Source of the DNA: Natronomonas marina
GTDB taxonomy: Archaea > Halobacteriota > Halobacteria > Halobacteriales > Haloarculaceae
Length of the DNA stretch: 64,000 nt
Assembly (NCBI RefSeq): GCF_024298905.1
Contig: NZ_CP101154.1
Location: 3,124,932-3,188,931, forward strand
Reading direction: 5' to 3'
The notes under the pieces were generated by a model. The model worked only from the letters and a program-made list of their open reading frames with translations, ran no database searches and was not told where the DNA came from. Below, piece after piece: positions 1-9,685 of the stretch (within the stretch, counting starts at the first letter, position 1; every line of letters begins with the position of its first letter). The position numbers were made by a program, and so were the translations under genes.

Positions 1-630
1 CTCGACGACGCGGTCGCCGTCCAGCACCGCCCGGGGGTCCGGCGTCCGGGTCGTCCGGTCGGCGCGACGGTCGATGATGCGTCGGGCGCCCTCGTGGTCG
101 GGATACCCCAGGCTCGTCTTCAGCACGAACCGGTCGCGCTGGGCCTCCGGCAGCGTGAACGTGCCCTCCTCCTCGATGGGGTTCTGGGTCGCTATGACGA
201 AGAACGGCTCCGGGAGCGCGTAGGTCGTCCCGTCGGCCGACACCTGTTTTTCGGACATCGCCTCAAGCAGGGCGGCCTGGGTCTTCGGCGGCGCGCGGTT
301 GATCTCGTCGGCCAGCACGACGTTGGCGAAGACGGGACCTTCGGCGAACTCGAACTCGCCGGACTCCTCGCGGTAGACGTGCGAGCCGGTGATGTCGCCC
401 GGCAGGAGGTCCGGCGTGAACTGGATGCGGTTGAAGGAGAGTCCGAGCGCCGTGGCAAAACTGCGTGCGGTCAGCGTCTTGCCCGTGCCCGGAACGTCCT
501 CCAGCAGGACGTGGCCCCGCGCGAGCACGCCCGTCAGTACCGTCTCGAGAACGCGCCGGTCGGCCACCACCGCCTCCTCGACGGCGTCGAGGACGGTCCC
601 GCAAACCGCCGACGCCTCGGATACGTCCAT
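1..630 (-). CDS. MoxR-family AAA+ ATPase; C-terminal end lies outside the window
   Basis: ATG is the reverse complement of cat at 628-630. Hand translation gives MDVSEASAVCGTVLDAVEEAVVADRRVLETVLTGVLARGHVLLEDVPGTGKTLTARSFATALG...ADEINRAPPKTQAALLEAM. This shows the Walker A motif (GTGKT) and the MoxR signature, and the frame stays open to the window start. Confidence 0.85.
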   Translation of the reverse strand, partial: MDVSEASAVCGTVLDAVEEAVVADRRVLETVLTGVLARGHVLLEDVPGTGKTLTARSFATALGLSFNRIQFTPDLLPGDITGSHVYREESGEFEFAEGPVFANVVLADEINRAPPKTQAALLEAMSEKQVSADGTTYALPEPFFVIATQNPIEEEGTFTLPEAQRDRFVLKTSLGYPDHEGARRIIDRRADRTTRTPDPRAVLDGDRVVE

Positions 631-695
631 AGCGGGGGATACGGCTGGACGTATTTGAATGTCTCCGTGGTCGCGGTCGTCCGGAGGCCCGTCGT

Positions 696-1517
696 TCAGG
701 CCTCGACGGCCAGCCCCGACCGTTCGAGGGCGTCCTCGGCGTCGGCGTCCTCGTGGACGACGAGCGACACCGCCCGGGCCATCGTCTCGGGGTCGTCGTG
801 CTGGAAGACGGTCCGGCCCATCGAGACGCCGGCCGCGCCGGCGTCCATGGCGCCCCGCACGGCCCGCAGCGATTCGAGGTCGCCGTCGGGGGAGCCGCCG
901 GCGATGAGCACCGGCAGCCGGGTGGCCGCACAGACCGGCTCGAAGCTCTCCGAGTCGCCGCTGTAGCCGGTCTTGATGAGGTCGGCGCCCAGTTCCTCGC
1001 CGAGGCGGACGGCGTGGGCCAGCGCCTCGGGGTCGTCGCCGTCGACATCGGGACCTCGGGCGTAGGTCATCGCCAGCACGGGCAGGCCGTACTCGGCGGC
1101 CTCGTCGGTGAGTTCGGCCAGTTCCTCGATCTGTTCGCGCTCGTGGGTCGACCCGACGTTGATGTGGAAGGAGACGGCGTCGGCGCCGGCCCGGATTGCG
1201 GCCTTCACCGACCCGGTCGAGCGCTTGTCGTTGGCGTCGGGGCCGATGACCGTCGAGCCGTTGAGGTGGACGACGTAGCCCGCGCCGTTCTTGCTGTCGT
1301 GGACGCGGGGCGCGATTCCCTTCTGTGTCAGCACGGCGTCGGCGCCGCCCCGGGTGACGGCGTCGATGGTCGACTCGATGTCGACGAGTCCTTCGACCGG
1401 GCCGAGCGTGATGCCGTGGTCCATCGGGACGACGACGTAGCGGCCGTCCGTCCCGAGACGGTCCAGCCGGGCGGCGGTGCCTGTTGTCATGGTTCGTGGT
1501 GTGGCAGGTTCGGTCAT
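696..1517 (-). CDS. Class I (DhnA-type) aldolase homolog; probably 2-amino-3,7-dideoxy-D-threo-hept-6-ulosonate (ADH) synthase AroA'
   Basis: 273-aa ORF starting [21 protein letters not shown]...DHGITLGP, which matches the archaeal class I aldolase fold. Its ATG overlaps the trpA stop codon (ATGA), so the two are translationally coupled within an aromatic amino acid operon. Confidence 0.8.
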   Translation of the reverse strand: MTEPATPRTMTTGTAARLDRLGTDGRYVVVPMDHGITLGPVEGLVDIESTIDAVTRGGADAVLTQKGIAPRVHDSKNGAGYVVHLNGSTVIGPDANDKRSTGSVKAAIRAGADAVSFHINVGSTHEREQIEELAELTDEAAEYGLPVLAMTYARGPDVDGDDPEALAHAVRLGEELGADLIKTGYSGDSESFEPVCAATRLPVLIAGGSPDGDLESLRAVRGAMDAGAAGVSMGRTVFQHDDPETMARAVSLVVHEDADAEDALERSGLAVEA

Positions 1518-2398
1518 GTTCCTTCCGGTCGCGGCCGACGTTGCGCGCCGGCGAGGGCGCCCTCCTTCAGTTCGCGGCCCTTCGCTTCCAGTCGAGCGGC
1601 CACCGCCTCGGTCGAATCGTCGTTCTCGTGGCCCTCGGCGACGATGTCGACGAGTGCCGACCCGACGATGACGCCGTCGGCGCCGGCGGCGACCACCTCG
1701 GCCGCCTGCTCGCCCGAGGAGATGCCGAAACCGACCGCCTTCGGGACGCCCCGGGCGCCCTCGTGGGCGGCGAGGCGTTCGAGGCTCTCGGCGGTCCGGT
1801 CGGAGACGTCCGCGCGGGCGCCGGTGACGCCCAGTCGCGCCTGGACGTAGAGGTAGCCTGAGACCCGCTCGAGGATGGTCTCGAGGCGGTCGCCCCGCGT
1901 CGTCGGCGCGACGATGAACACCAACTCGAGACCGAACTCGTCGCAGGCGGCCCGAAGCAGGTCGGCCTCCTCGGCCGGCAGGTCGGGTACGACGAAGCCG
2001 TCGATGCCGACCTCGGCGGCCCGCTCGACGAACGGGTAGACCGGCCGGTCGTCGCTCGCGGTTTCGCCGTTCCCGTACTGGTAGATGAGGTTGTAGTAGG
2101 TCATACAGACCAGCGGCACCTCGACGTCCAGCGCCTCGACGAACTCGAAGAACCGCTCGGGCGTCATGCCGGCATCCAGCGCCCGGACGACGGCCTGCTG
2201 GATGGTCGGTCCCTCGGCGATTGGTTCGGAGAAGGGAAGCCCCAGTTCGACGACGTCGGCGCCACCGCGGGCCAGCGCCTCGACGTACTCCACGGAGGCC
2301 TCGAAGTCGGGGTCGCCGGCCGCGAGGTACGGCACGAAGGCCGGCTCCTCGAAGGCGGATTCCAGGCCCGCCGACCCGTCCGCCTCGGGGTCGGTCAC
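1514..2398 (-). CDS. trpA: Tryptophan synthase alpha subunit
   Basis: 294-aa ORF with the TrpA fold motifs (…[10 protein letters not shown]…LGLPFSEP(I)A(E)GP…). It overlaps the trpB stop by 4 nt. Confidence 0.92.
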   Translation of the reverse strand: MTDPEADGSAGLESAFEEPAFVPYLAAGDPDFEASVEYVEALARGGADVVELGLPFSEPIAEGPTIQQAVVRALDAGMTPERFFEFVEALDVEVPLVCMTYYNLIYQYGNGETASDDRPVYPFVERAAEVGIDGFVVPDLPAEEADLLRAACDEFGLELVFIVAPTTRGDRLETILERVSGYLYVQARLGVTGARADVSDRTAESLERLAAHEGARGVPKAVGFGISSGEQAAEVVAAGADGVIVGSALVDIVAEGHENDDSTEAVAARLEAKGRELKEGALAGAQRRPRPEGT

Positions 2399-3645
2399 TC
2401 GAACACCTCCATCGATGGGGCGCCCTCGATGTCGCGCCCGTCGGTCTCCTCGATGACCGACTCGAGGTCCTTGTCGCCGCGACCGGAGACGTTGACGACG
2501 ACCGTCTCGGGCAACTCGACGTCTCGGGTGGCCTCGGGGCCGGCGACGGCCTCGAGGAAGCCGAAGGCGTGGGCCGTCTCGAGGGCGGGGATGATCCCCT
2601 CCTCGCGGGAGAGCCGGTGGAACGCCTCGAGTGCGGCGTCGTCGTCGACGTTCGTCGGGACGACGCGGCCCTCGTCGACGAGGTGGGCCAGTTCCGGCCC
2701 GACGCCGGAGTAGTCGAGCCCCGAGGAGACGCTGTGGGACTCCATTATCTGGCCGTGGCCGTCCTGCAGGAGTTTCGTCCGGGCGCCGTGCAGTACCCCC
2801 TCCTCCCCGATGGACAGCGACGCGGAGTTGGGCGCGACGCCGGTCTCCTCGTCGACGGAGAGCGAGGAGCCGCCGGCCTCGACGGCGTAGAGGTCGACGT
2901 CCTCGTCGGCCACGAACTCCGCGAAGGCGCCCATCGTGTTCGACCCGCCGCCGGCACAGGCGACGACCGCACCGGGGAGCCCGCCGACCTGCTCGTCGAA
3001 CTGCCGGCGGGTCTCCTCGCTGATGACCGACTGGAAGTCACGGACCATCGCCGGGAACGGCGCGGGACCGACGACCGACCCGATGACGTAGTGGGTCGTC
3101 TCGACGCTGCCCGCCCAGTCGCGCATCGTCTCGCTTATGGCCTCCTTCAGCGTCCCGCGGCCGACATCGACGGGGTTGACGGCAGCGTCGTTGAGCCGCA
3201 TCCGGAAGACGTTGGGCCGCTGGCGGTTGATGTCGCGGCGACCCATGTATATCTCGCAGGGCATGTCGAGGTGGGCAGCGGCCATCGCCGTCGCGGTGCC
3301 GTGCTGGCCGGCGCCCGTCTCGGCGATGATGCGCTCCTTGCCCATGTACTTCGCCAAGAGCACCTGCCCCAGGGCGTTGTTCAGTTTGTGGGCGCCGCCG
3401 TGCAGCAGGTCCTCGCGCTTGAGGTACACCTCCCGGTCGTACCGGTCCGAAAGCTGGTCGGCCCGCTGCAGGGGCGTCGGCCGGCCGCCGAAGTCGGCCA
3501 GCCGCTGCCGGAACTCGTCCACGAAGCCGTCCTCGTTGTCGAGGACGTACCGCTCGTAGGCGTCCGTCAGCTCCTCGATGGCCGGCATCAGCGCCTCGGG
3601 CACGTACTGTCCGCCGTAGTCGCCGAATTTAGTTTCAGTTGACAT
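2395..3645 (-). CDS. trpB: Tryptophan synthase beta subunit
   Basis: 416-aa ORF starting [17 protein letters not shown]…[13 protein letters not shown]…ETGAGQHG, a PLP-dependent TrpB. It overlaps the trpC stop. Confidence 0.95.
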   Translation of the reverse strand: MSTETKFGDYGGQYVPEALMPAIEELTDAYERYVLDNEDGFVDEFRQRLADFGGRPTPLQRADQLSDRYDREVYLKREDLLHGGAHKLNNALGQVLLAKYMGKERIIAETGAGQHGTATAMAAAHLDMPCEIYMGRRDINRQRPNVFRMRLNDAAVNPVDVGRGTLKEAISETMRDWAGSVETTHYVIGSVVGPAPFPAMVRDFQSVISEETRRQFDEQVGGLPGAVVACAGGGSNTMGAFAEFVADEDVDLYAVEAGGSSLSVDEETGVAPNSASLSIGEEGVLHGARTKLLQDGHGQIMESHSVSSGLDYSGVGPELAHLVDEGRVVPTNVDDDAALEAFHRLSREEGIIPALETAHAFGFLEAVAGPEATRDVELPETVVVNVSGRGDKDLESVIEETDGRDIEGAPSMEVFE

Positions 3646-4402
3646 CTGTGAGTCGCTCCGTGTTCTCCCGGACCGGGCCGTCCATGATGGCCGACCCGAC
3701 GAGCAGGCCGTCGGCCCCGGCGTCGCGCATCCGCGAGACGGTCTCCCGCGTAGCTATGCCGCTTTCGGCAATCAGGGTGACGCTCTCCGCCGTGGCTGCC
3801 GGAACCGCCTCGACGACCCGCTCGAAGGTGCCGAGGTCGACCTCCAGTTCCGCCAGGTCGCGGTTGTTGACGCCGACGAGGTCGGCGCCCGCCGCCAGCG
3901 CCCGCTCGAGTTCCGCCGGGGTGTGGGCCTCGACGAGCACCTGAAAGCCTCGCTCGCGGGCCGCCGTCAGCAGTCCCTCGAGGTCGTCGACGAACCGGGC
4001 GATGAGCAACACGACGTCGGCCTCGACGACGTCGAGTTGGCCCTCCCGGAGGACGAAGTCCTTCCGGAGGACGGGGACGTCGACGGCCGCCCGGACCCGC
4101 CGGAGCGTCTCCGGGGACCCGCCGAAGTGTTCGGGTTCGGTCAGTACCGACAGCGCCGCCGCCCCGCCCGCGACCATCGACTCCGCGAGGGCGACGGGGT
4201 CGTCCGTCCGCTCGCCGTCGGTGGTCGGACTGGTCGGTTTCACCTCCGCGACGACGGGCACGCGCCCGTCGGCCTCGGCGGCCGCGAAGGCGGCCGGTAG
4301 CGACCGGGCATCGACCGACACCCGCCGGTCGGGGGCGGTCCGCGCTTCGGCTGCCGCCAGGATCGACCGGACGGCCGGCGCCAGTTCCTCACTGGTGTCC
4401 AT
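3635..4402 (-). CDS. trpC: Indole-3-glycerol phosphate synthase
   Basis: 255 aa containing …[11 protein letters not shown]…LRKDFV…EAHT…VGVNNRDL…, the IGPS signature. It is the first gene of the trpCBA operon. Confidence 0.9.
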   Translation of the reverse strand: MDTSEELAPAVRSILAAAEARTAPDRRVSVDARSLPAAFAAAEADGRVPVVAEVKPTSPTTDGERTDDPVALAESMVAGGAAALSVLTEPEHFGGSPETLRRVRAAVDVPVLRKDFVLREGQLDVVEADVVLLIARFVDDLEGLLTAARERGFQVLVEAHTPAELERALAAGADLVGVNNRDLAELEVDLGTFERVVEAVPAATAESVTLIAESGIATRETVSRMRDAGADGLLVGSAIMDGPVRENTERLTDVN

Positions 4403-4575
4403 TACTGTACACTAACGAACTGTTCTGGACATAAGAGTTGCGTCTCGGGCTAACGCTCGCCCGGTACCGAGGGGTCCGTCTCGCCGGTCGGGACCGTGGG
4501 GCGGGCGACACGGGCCTCGATTCGTCGACTGAAACGACCGGAAGACATCTATCGTGTGATGTGTTACTATGCCAC

Positions 4576-4758
4576 ATGACAGAACGAACGCCGGACATCC
4601 CGGACCCCGAGGAAGTGGGCGGGGATCACGGGGGCGTCATCGGTCTCTACGACTCCGAGGGCGGCGTGCCGACCTACGTGGTCGCCGACGTCGCCAGCGA
4701 CGACCGGTGGGTTTCAGTGCCGGCCGCCGCGACGCTGTCGCTCGAGGAGTGGCAGTAG
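4576..4758 (+). CDS. Small conserved haloarchaeal protein (hypothetical)
   Basis: 60 aa, MTERTPDIPDPEEVGGDHGG…RWVSVPAAATLSLEEWQ, acidic and typical of small halobacterial proteins. The longer upstream extension of the ORF (from 4438) looks non-coding. Confidence 0.4.
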   Translation: MTERTPDIPDPEEVGGDHGGVIGLYDSEGGVPTYVVADVASDDRWVSVPAAATLSLEEWQ

Positions 4759-4920
4759 CGCAACCGGGCCGAACCGAACGCCGCCGCGTCCCGCCAGTGG
4801 CGACCCCGGGGACTCCCGCCTCGCTCCCGCAGGCGGTCGTGTGTGAACTTCGAATAAGTTTCTTCAGATTCTTCGACGCCGCTCGCGCGCCACGGCCGAC
4901 TCGCCGAAATAAAACGACTT

Positions 4921-4936
4921 GCGGCATATAAAACGC
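4921..4936 (+). promoter_or_regulatory. Putative TATA/BRE promoter element for the 4990 gene
   Basis: An AT-rich 'catataaaacg' motif (preceded by a second 'aaataaaacg') sits about 55 nt upstream of the ATG at 4990 in otherwise GC-rich DNA. Confidence 0.3.
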
Positions 4937-4989
4937 CGGGACCTGCCGACGACAGACGTACCCGTCCGTACTCCGTACCGGGAGCAACG

Positions 4990-6084
4990 ATGGGAGAGTT
5001 TAGTACGAGCCGACGGTCGGTGCTCAGGGGACTGGCAGCCGGCGGGGCCGCAGCGGCGCTGCCGTCGGCGGCCGAGGCCGCCGAACTGGCCGAGCGGACC
5101 GACCCGACGACGCGGGCGACCTTCCGGGCCATCGTCGACGCCGTGGTCCCGGAGACGCCGGAACTGGCCGACGAACTCGGGCCCGAACACGAGCCAGGTG
5201 GGCTGGAACTCGGACTCGAAGACTACCTGCTCACGGTCACCAACACCATCTTCTCGCTGTACGACGCGCCCGACCTCCTGGTCGCGGCCGCCATCGACGT
5301 CGAGGCCGACCTCGGGGAGGCCACGGTCGATCTCTCGGAGGCGGTGGGGACCGAGCAGGAGCCGACGCTCAACCTGCGGCTGGCGGAGCTCGTGGCCAAG
5401 GTCTGCGACGTCGCGGCCGTCGAACTGCTGGCACGCGGGGAAAACGAGGCCCGACCGGACCCGACCCGCTTCGAGGCCGGCGCCACGTTCGCGTCGCTGT
5501 CCCGGACCGACCGGCTGCGGGCGCTGTCGCTGCTGGACGAACGGCGGATCGATACGGCCCAGCTTCCCGGGCCCGTCCTCGAGGTGTCCGGCGCCCTCAT
5601 CCCGCAACTGCTGGTCGCGTTCACCGAGGGCATCTACTACAGCGAGTGGCAGGGCTACGAGGACGTCGGGCGACCGCCCAGCGAGCGGGACTTCTCCGAG
5701 AGCGTCGACGGCGAGCGGCTCCAGAGCTGGCAGCAGACCGACTTCCCCGGTGTCATCGACGGCTCCGTCTCCTTCCGGGGCTACTGGGGGACGCCGGAGG
5801 CCAGCCTCGGCGAGGGTCGCGTCTGGAAGCCCTTCCCCGACGACGGCGACGGCTCGCCGTCGAAAATCTACTACGACCCCGGCGAGTTCCGGGAGAACGA
5901 CTACGACACGAGCGACTACGAGGAGCCGTTCGACACCAGCGGCGAGCCGCCGGCCGACGGCGGACTGATACCGACCGAGGCCAGCCGACCCGAGGACGCC
6001 GTCGAGGAGGCCTGCGAGGGAATCGACGACGACCTGCTCGCGCGGGCCCGCGAGGAACTCCTCGGACAGGAGGTCGAGCGATGA
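4990..6084 (+). CDS. Tat-signal small subunit of a GMC oxidoreductase (gluconate 2-dehydrogenase subunit 3-like)
   Basis: 364 aa with an N-terminal twin-arginine signal (SRRSVLRGLAAGGAAAAL). Its stop overlaps the start of the downstream GMC flavoprotein (ATGA). Confidence 0.75.
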   Translation: MGEFSTSRRSVLRGLAAGGAAAALPSAAEAAELAERTDPTTRATFRAIVDAVVPETPELADELGPEHEPGGLELGLEDYLLTVTNTIFSLYDAPDLLVAAAIDVEADLGEATVDLSEAVGTEQEPTLNLRLAELVAKVCDVAAVELLARGENEARPDPTRFEAGATFASLSRTDRLRALSLLDERRIDTAQLPGPVLEVSGALIPQLLVAFTEGIYYSEWQGYEDVGRPPSERDFSESVDGERLQSWQQTDFPGVIDGSVSFRGYWGTPEASLGEGRVWKPFPDDGDGSPSKIYYDPGEFRENDYDTSDYEEPFDTSGEPPADGGLIPTEASRPEDAVEEACEGIDDDLLARAREELLGQEVER

Positions 6085-7868
6085 CCGACGCCTACGACGT
6101 GGTCATCGTGGGCGCGGGTGGTGACGGGCCGGTCGCGGCCTGGCGGCTGGGCGAACTCGGCCTGGACGTGCTCCTCTTGGAGGCCGGCCCCTTCTACGGC
6201 AACGAACAGTGGGAGAAGCCCACCGAGGAGCCCGGCGGCGAGACCTCCAGCAGCCCCGAGGACCTCTCGGGCGAACTGCTCGACGAGCAGTTCAGCACCC
6301 GGGAACTGGAAATGATCTACAAGCTCATCTTCGGCCCGGCCGACCACGAGCGCGGCTTCTGGTTCCGCAAGTTCCCCCGGTCGGGCATCACCATCCAGGC
6401 AGCCGGCGTCGGCGGGACGACGCTCGTCTACACCGGCAACCACCCGCGGGCCTACCCGGCCGCAATCGACGAACAGCCCCACTGGCCGGACTCGTTCGGC
6501 TACGAAGACCTGCTGCCGTACTACCGGCGGATGGAGGAGCTACTGGACGTCCAGCCGGCGCCCGTCACCGCGAAGGAGGAGCTGTTCTTCCAGGGCGCCG
6601 AGGAACGCGGCTACGACCTCGTCGACGGGAAGAACGTCACCGAGGTCGGCTACCGGCCCCAGCCGAACGCCATCCAGGCGCCCGACCAGAAACTCCGGGT
6701 CGAGCGCCGCGGCGACGGCGAACTCGTCGAGAACTACGACGGGAACTTCCGGCACCCGTCCGACCCCGAGGCGGTCGACCCCGTCGAGGGCCACACCATG
6801 GCCACGACGGAGATAATCGGCAACCCGCACCCGCTCGGGGCGCCCTACGAGGAGAAGGCCAAGAAGACGTCGGCCATCGGAATCGTTCCCGAGGCGCTGA
6901 AGACGGGCAACGTCACCGTCCGGCCGAACGCCTTCGTGACGGACGTGCTGGTCGACCGCTCGCTGGGCGGCAACCCCGAGGCGACCGGCGTCGAGTTCCG
7001 CGACACCTGGTCCGGCGACACCGAGCGGGTTTCGGCCGACACCGTCGTGCTGGCGGCGGGTGCCGTCGAGACGCCGCGACTGTGGCTCAACTCCGGGCTG
7101 CCGGCCAACGAGTGGGTCGGCAAGGGCATGACCCTCCACTTCGGCGACAACGTGATGGGCTTCTGGGAGGAGGAGGTCCTCGAGGAGCGCGTCGGCAAGC
7201 CGACCGCCGATCCCCAGGAGGGCCAGACCATCGCCGCCCGCTTCGACTACCCCGGCGTGGGGATGCTCCAGACGACGGGCTCGTACGCCGGCGTCGCCGC
7301 CATCCTCGGGTTCGGCGCCTCCGCCTCGGGATTCACGTTCACCAACGACCCCGCCGACGCGCCGTGGGACACCGTCGGTCGGCTGGCCGGCCCGAAGCTC
7401 AAGCGGTTCCTCTCGCGGTACCGGCAGGCGCTGCCCATCCTCGTCGTCACCGACGACCGGCCCCACAAGCGCAACGGCGTCAGCGTCGTCCCCGGCGTCA
7501 CCGACGAACACGGCCCCATCCCGCAGGTCAACTACGTCCCGAGCAAGGGCGACGTCCGGCGGCGCGACGAGCTATCGGAGATCGCCACGAACATCCTGAA
7601 GGAGGCCGGCGCCGACCACGTCCACCGGTCGGACTCGCCGGCGACGGCCATCCACATCCACTCGACGATGGCGATGGGCAAGGTCGTCGACACGGCGTGT
7701 GAGGCCTACGACGTCGACCGGCTGTTCGTCGCCGACCACTCGGCGCTGGCCAACGGCGTCGGCGGCCCCAACCCCACGAACACGGGCCAGTCGCTGGCGC
7801 TCCGGACCGCCGAACGCATCGCCGACCGCTACTTCGACGCCCTGACGGACCCCATCGGGAACGCATGA
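6081..7868 (+). CDS. GMC-family FAD-dependent oxidoreductase, large subunit
   Basis: Begins MTDAYDVVIVGAGGDGPVAAWRL…LLLEAG, an FAD-binding Rossmann GxGxxG motif. The C-terminal part carries the GMC motifs (…ANGVGGPNPTNT…). I took the start at 6081 rather than the 740-aa ORF beginning at 5646. Confidence 0.85.
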   Translation: MTDAYDVVIVGAGGDGPVAAWRLGELGLDVLLLEAGPFYGNEQWEKPTEEPGGETSSSPEDLSGELLDEQFSTRELEMIYKLIFGPADHERGFWFRKFPRSGITIQAAGVGGTTLVYTGNHPRAYPAAIDEQPHWPDSFGYEDLLPYYRRMEELLDVQPAPVTAKEELFFQGAEERGYDLVDGKNVTEVGYRPQPNAIQAPDQKLRVERRGDGELVENYDGNFRHPSDPEAVDPVEGHTMATTEIIGNPHPLGAPYEEKAKKTSAIGIVPEALKTGNVTVRPNAFVTDVLVDRSLGGNPEATGVEFRDTWSGDTERVSADTVVLAAGAVETPRLWLNSGLPANEWVGKGMTLHFGDNVMGFWEEEVLEERVGKPTADPQEGQTIAARFDYPGVGMLQTTGSYAGVAAILGFGASASGFTFTNDPADAPWDTVGRLAGPKLKRFLSRYRQALPILVVTDDRPHKRNGVSVVPGVTDEHGPIPQVNYVPSKGDVRRRDELSEIATNILKEAGADHVHRSDSPATAIHIHSTMAMGKVVDTACEAYDVDRLFVADHSALANGVGGPNPTNTGQSLALRTAERIADRYFDALTDPIGNA

Positions 7869-7935
7869 CGGTTCCAACGTCTCGGGACCGTCGCCCCACC
7901 TCAACTTTCAAGCCGATACCGCGTCCAGGTCCCCC

Positions 7936-8403
7936 ATGAGCAGCGAGCCCGACGCGGGCATCTACGCCCGCGAGTCGGCGTACCTCGAGCGATACGTCCA
8001 GGTCGGCGTCGCAAGCGCGCGCGTCCTCTCCGTTTCCTTTCCAGCGACGCCCGAGGAGGACGCCGGCACCGAACTGGCGCTTCTGGACCGCATCGACGCC
8101 TATCTCGAGGGCGAGGCGGCGGACTTCTCGGACGTCGACGTCGCCATGACGATGCCGACCGACCAGCGGGCCGTCCTGGAGACCGTCCGGGAGGTCCCCT
8201 ACGGCCAGCAGGTGTCGGTGTCGGAGCTGGCCGGCATGACGCCGGAGCTGGACGCCGACGCCGAGGGCGCCCACCAGCTCGTCCGGACGGCGCTGGCGGA
8301 GAACCCCGCGCCGCTCGTGGTTCCGGACCACCGGGTCCGGGACGGCCCCAGCGCCGCGCCCCCGCCGGTCGAACAGCGGCTCCGATCACTCGAAGGTCTC
8401 TAA
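7936..8403 (+). CDS. MGMT/Ogt-family DNA-binding domain protein with the catalytic Cys replaced (PDHRV instead of PCHRV)
   Basis: 155 aa containing …VREVPYGQQVSVSELAGM…NPAPLVVPDHRVRDG. This matches the C-terminal domain of methylated-DNA-protein-cysteine methyltransferase, but the position of the active-site Cys is Asp. Confidence 0.7.
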   Translation: MSSEPDAGIYARESAYLERYVQVGVASARVLSVSFPATPEEDAGTELALLDRIDAYLEGEAADFSDVDVAMTMPTDQRAVLETVREVPYGQQVSVSELAGMTPELDADAEGAHQLVRTALAENPAPLVVPDHRVRDGPSAAPPPVEQRLRSLEGL

Positions 8404-8482
8404 CGGTCACCCGCGATCGGTCCGGCGTTCGATCCGCGCCGGAAACGGCGAAGGCGTTACCACAGCGGTTCGAGTACGGGCG

Positions 8483-9547
8483 TCAGGCGGCGGTCGGGGG
8501 GTCGTCGCCCCCGTCGCCGCCGCCGTCCCCGTCGGCGTCGTCGGCCGCCCGGATGGCGGCCCGTCGCTCGGCGATGAGATCGAGATCGGCGTCGACGTCG
8601 CCCAGCACCAAGAGCGCGTAGTACCGGAGATACGTGAGGACGGGGACCTGTACGAGGGCGGCGAGGGCGAGGACCGCCAGGAAGTAGGCGAAGGCGACGA
8701 CGGCGACCACGACGATGCCGGCGAGTTCGCTGACGAGCACGTAGAGCGCGACGCCGATGGCCGCGAGCAGGCCGAACGGCGCGAGGAGGACGACGGCGCC
8801 GATCAGGACGCCGATGCCGACGAGGAGCCCCCCGACCAGCCCGAGCAGGAACGCCGCGACGGCGTAGGCGAGGTACTGCTGCCACTGGGCCGTAATCGTC
8901 GACCAGAGCCGGCGCCAGGCCGGGAGGACATTGCGGTCCTCGAGGATCATGATCGGGACCACGAACGCGGTGGTAAAGGCCTCGACGAGGCCGGCAATCA
9001 GCGCGAACAGGACGAACACCGGCACGAGGAGGACGAGCAGCGCGATGGAGACCCCGCCACCGACGCCACCGAACGGGCCGACGTCGAACAGCGGCGCGAG
9101 CACGGGCAGGAGGAGGACGGCGACCCCGCCGAGCACCAACAGTCCGATAGCGATCCGGAAGGCGAACAGCCGGACGCCCTGCCGCCAGCGGCGACTCCAG
9201 AACCGGCGGACTGCGACGGTCTCCTCGCGGAGGCACTCGACGAAGACGAACTCCATAATCGATCCGATCAGGCCGAAGACGAGCGCGACGAGGACGACGG
9301 CGGCGACGACGGCAGCGACGAGCAGCCACACGCGCGGCCCGAACTCGATCGGCATCCCCCCGGACGGGGTCCCGCCGGTCCCGCCGTCCCCGCCGGTGGT
9401 GTACTGGAGCGGGGTGTTGCCGCCGACGCCGCCGAGGAAGAAGACGACGATGGCGAGTTTCACCCAGTCGGTCCGGTCCCGCGGCCGGAGGAAGGCGCGG
9501 GTGGCGTCCAGAGCGTCGTCGAGAGCCTCCAGGGCGTACAGCGTCAT
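8483..9547 (-). CDS. Polytopic membrane protein, hypothetical
   Basis: 354 aa with several hydrophobic helices, a Gly-rich loop (GGDGGTGGTPSGG) and an acidic C-terminal tail. Confidence 0.6.
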   Translation of the reverse strand: MTLYALEALDDALDATRAFLRPRDRTDWVKLAIVVFFLGGVGGNTPLQYTTGGDGGTGGTPSGGMPIEFGPRVWLLVAAVVAAVVLVALVFGLIGSIMEFVFVECLREETVAVRRFWSRRWRQGVRLFAFRIAIGLLVLGGVAVLLLPVLAPLFDVGPFGGVGGGVSIALLVLLVPVFVLFALIAGLVEAFTTAFVVPIMILEDRNVLPAWRRLWSTITAQWQQYLAYAVAAFLLGLVGGLLVGIGVLIGAVVLLAPFGLLAAIGVALYVLVSELAGIVVVAVVAFAYFLAVLALAALVQVPVLTYLRYYALLVLGDVDADLDLIAERRAAIRAADDADGDGGGDGGDDPPTAA

Positions 9548-9685
9548 GGCCGCGATTTCGACGCCCCTGGTCTTATAGCTCGACGCCGTTCCCGGCGGGT
9601 GGGAACGACGAGAAAGGCGCGTCGCCGCCCGGCCGGACCGTATCGCGGTCGGGGCGGTACGGGCGCTCGGGCGACGGCGGAGCGG

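Noticed and set aside
94-966. 290-aa plus-strand ORF at the window start
   Set aside because: The composition is Arg/Gly/Leu-rich with no recognisable domain. The opposite strand encodes a clean MoxR AAA+ ATPase (1-630) and the aldolase, so this ORF is a GC-content artefact.
2221-3642. 473-aa plus-strand ORF antisense to trpB (and several similar ORFs antisense to the trp genes)
   Set aside because: It is Arg/Pro/Gly junk. trpB on the minus strand is unambiguous.
5646-6080. N-terminal 145-aa extension of the GMC large subunit ORF (740 aa)
   Set aside because: The extension is Arg-rich and overlaps the real small-subunit gene in another frame. The Rossmann motif begins right after the ATG at 6081.
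6209-7702. 497-aa same-strand alternative-frame ORF inside the GMC gene
   Set aside because: Extreme Arg/Pro/Gly content, a GC third-position artefact.
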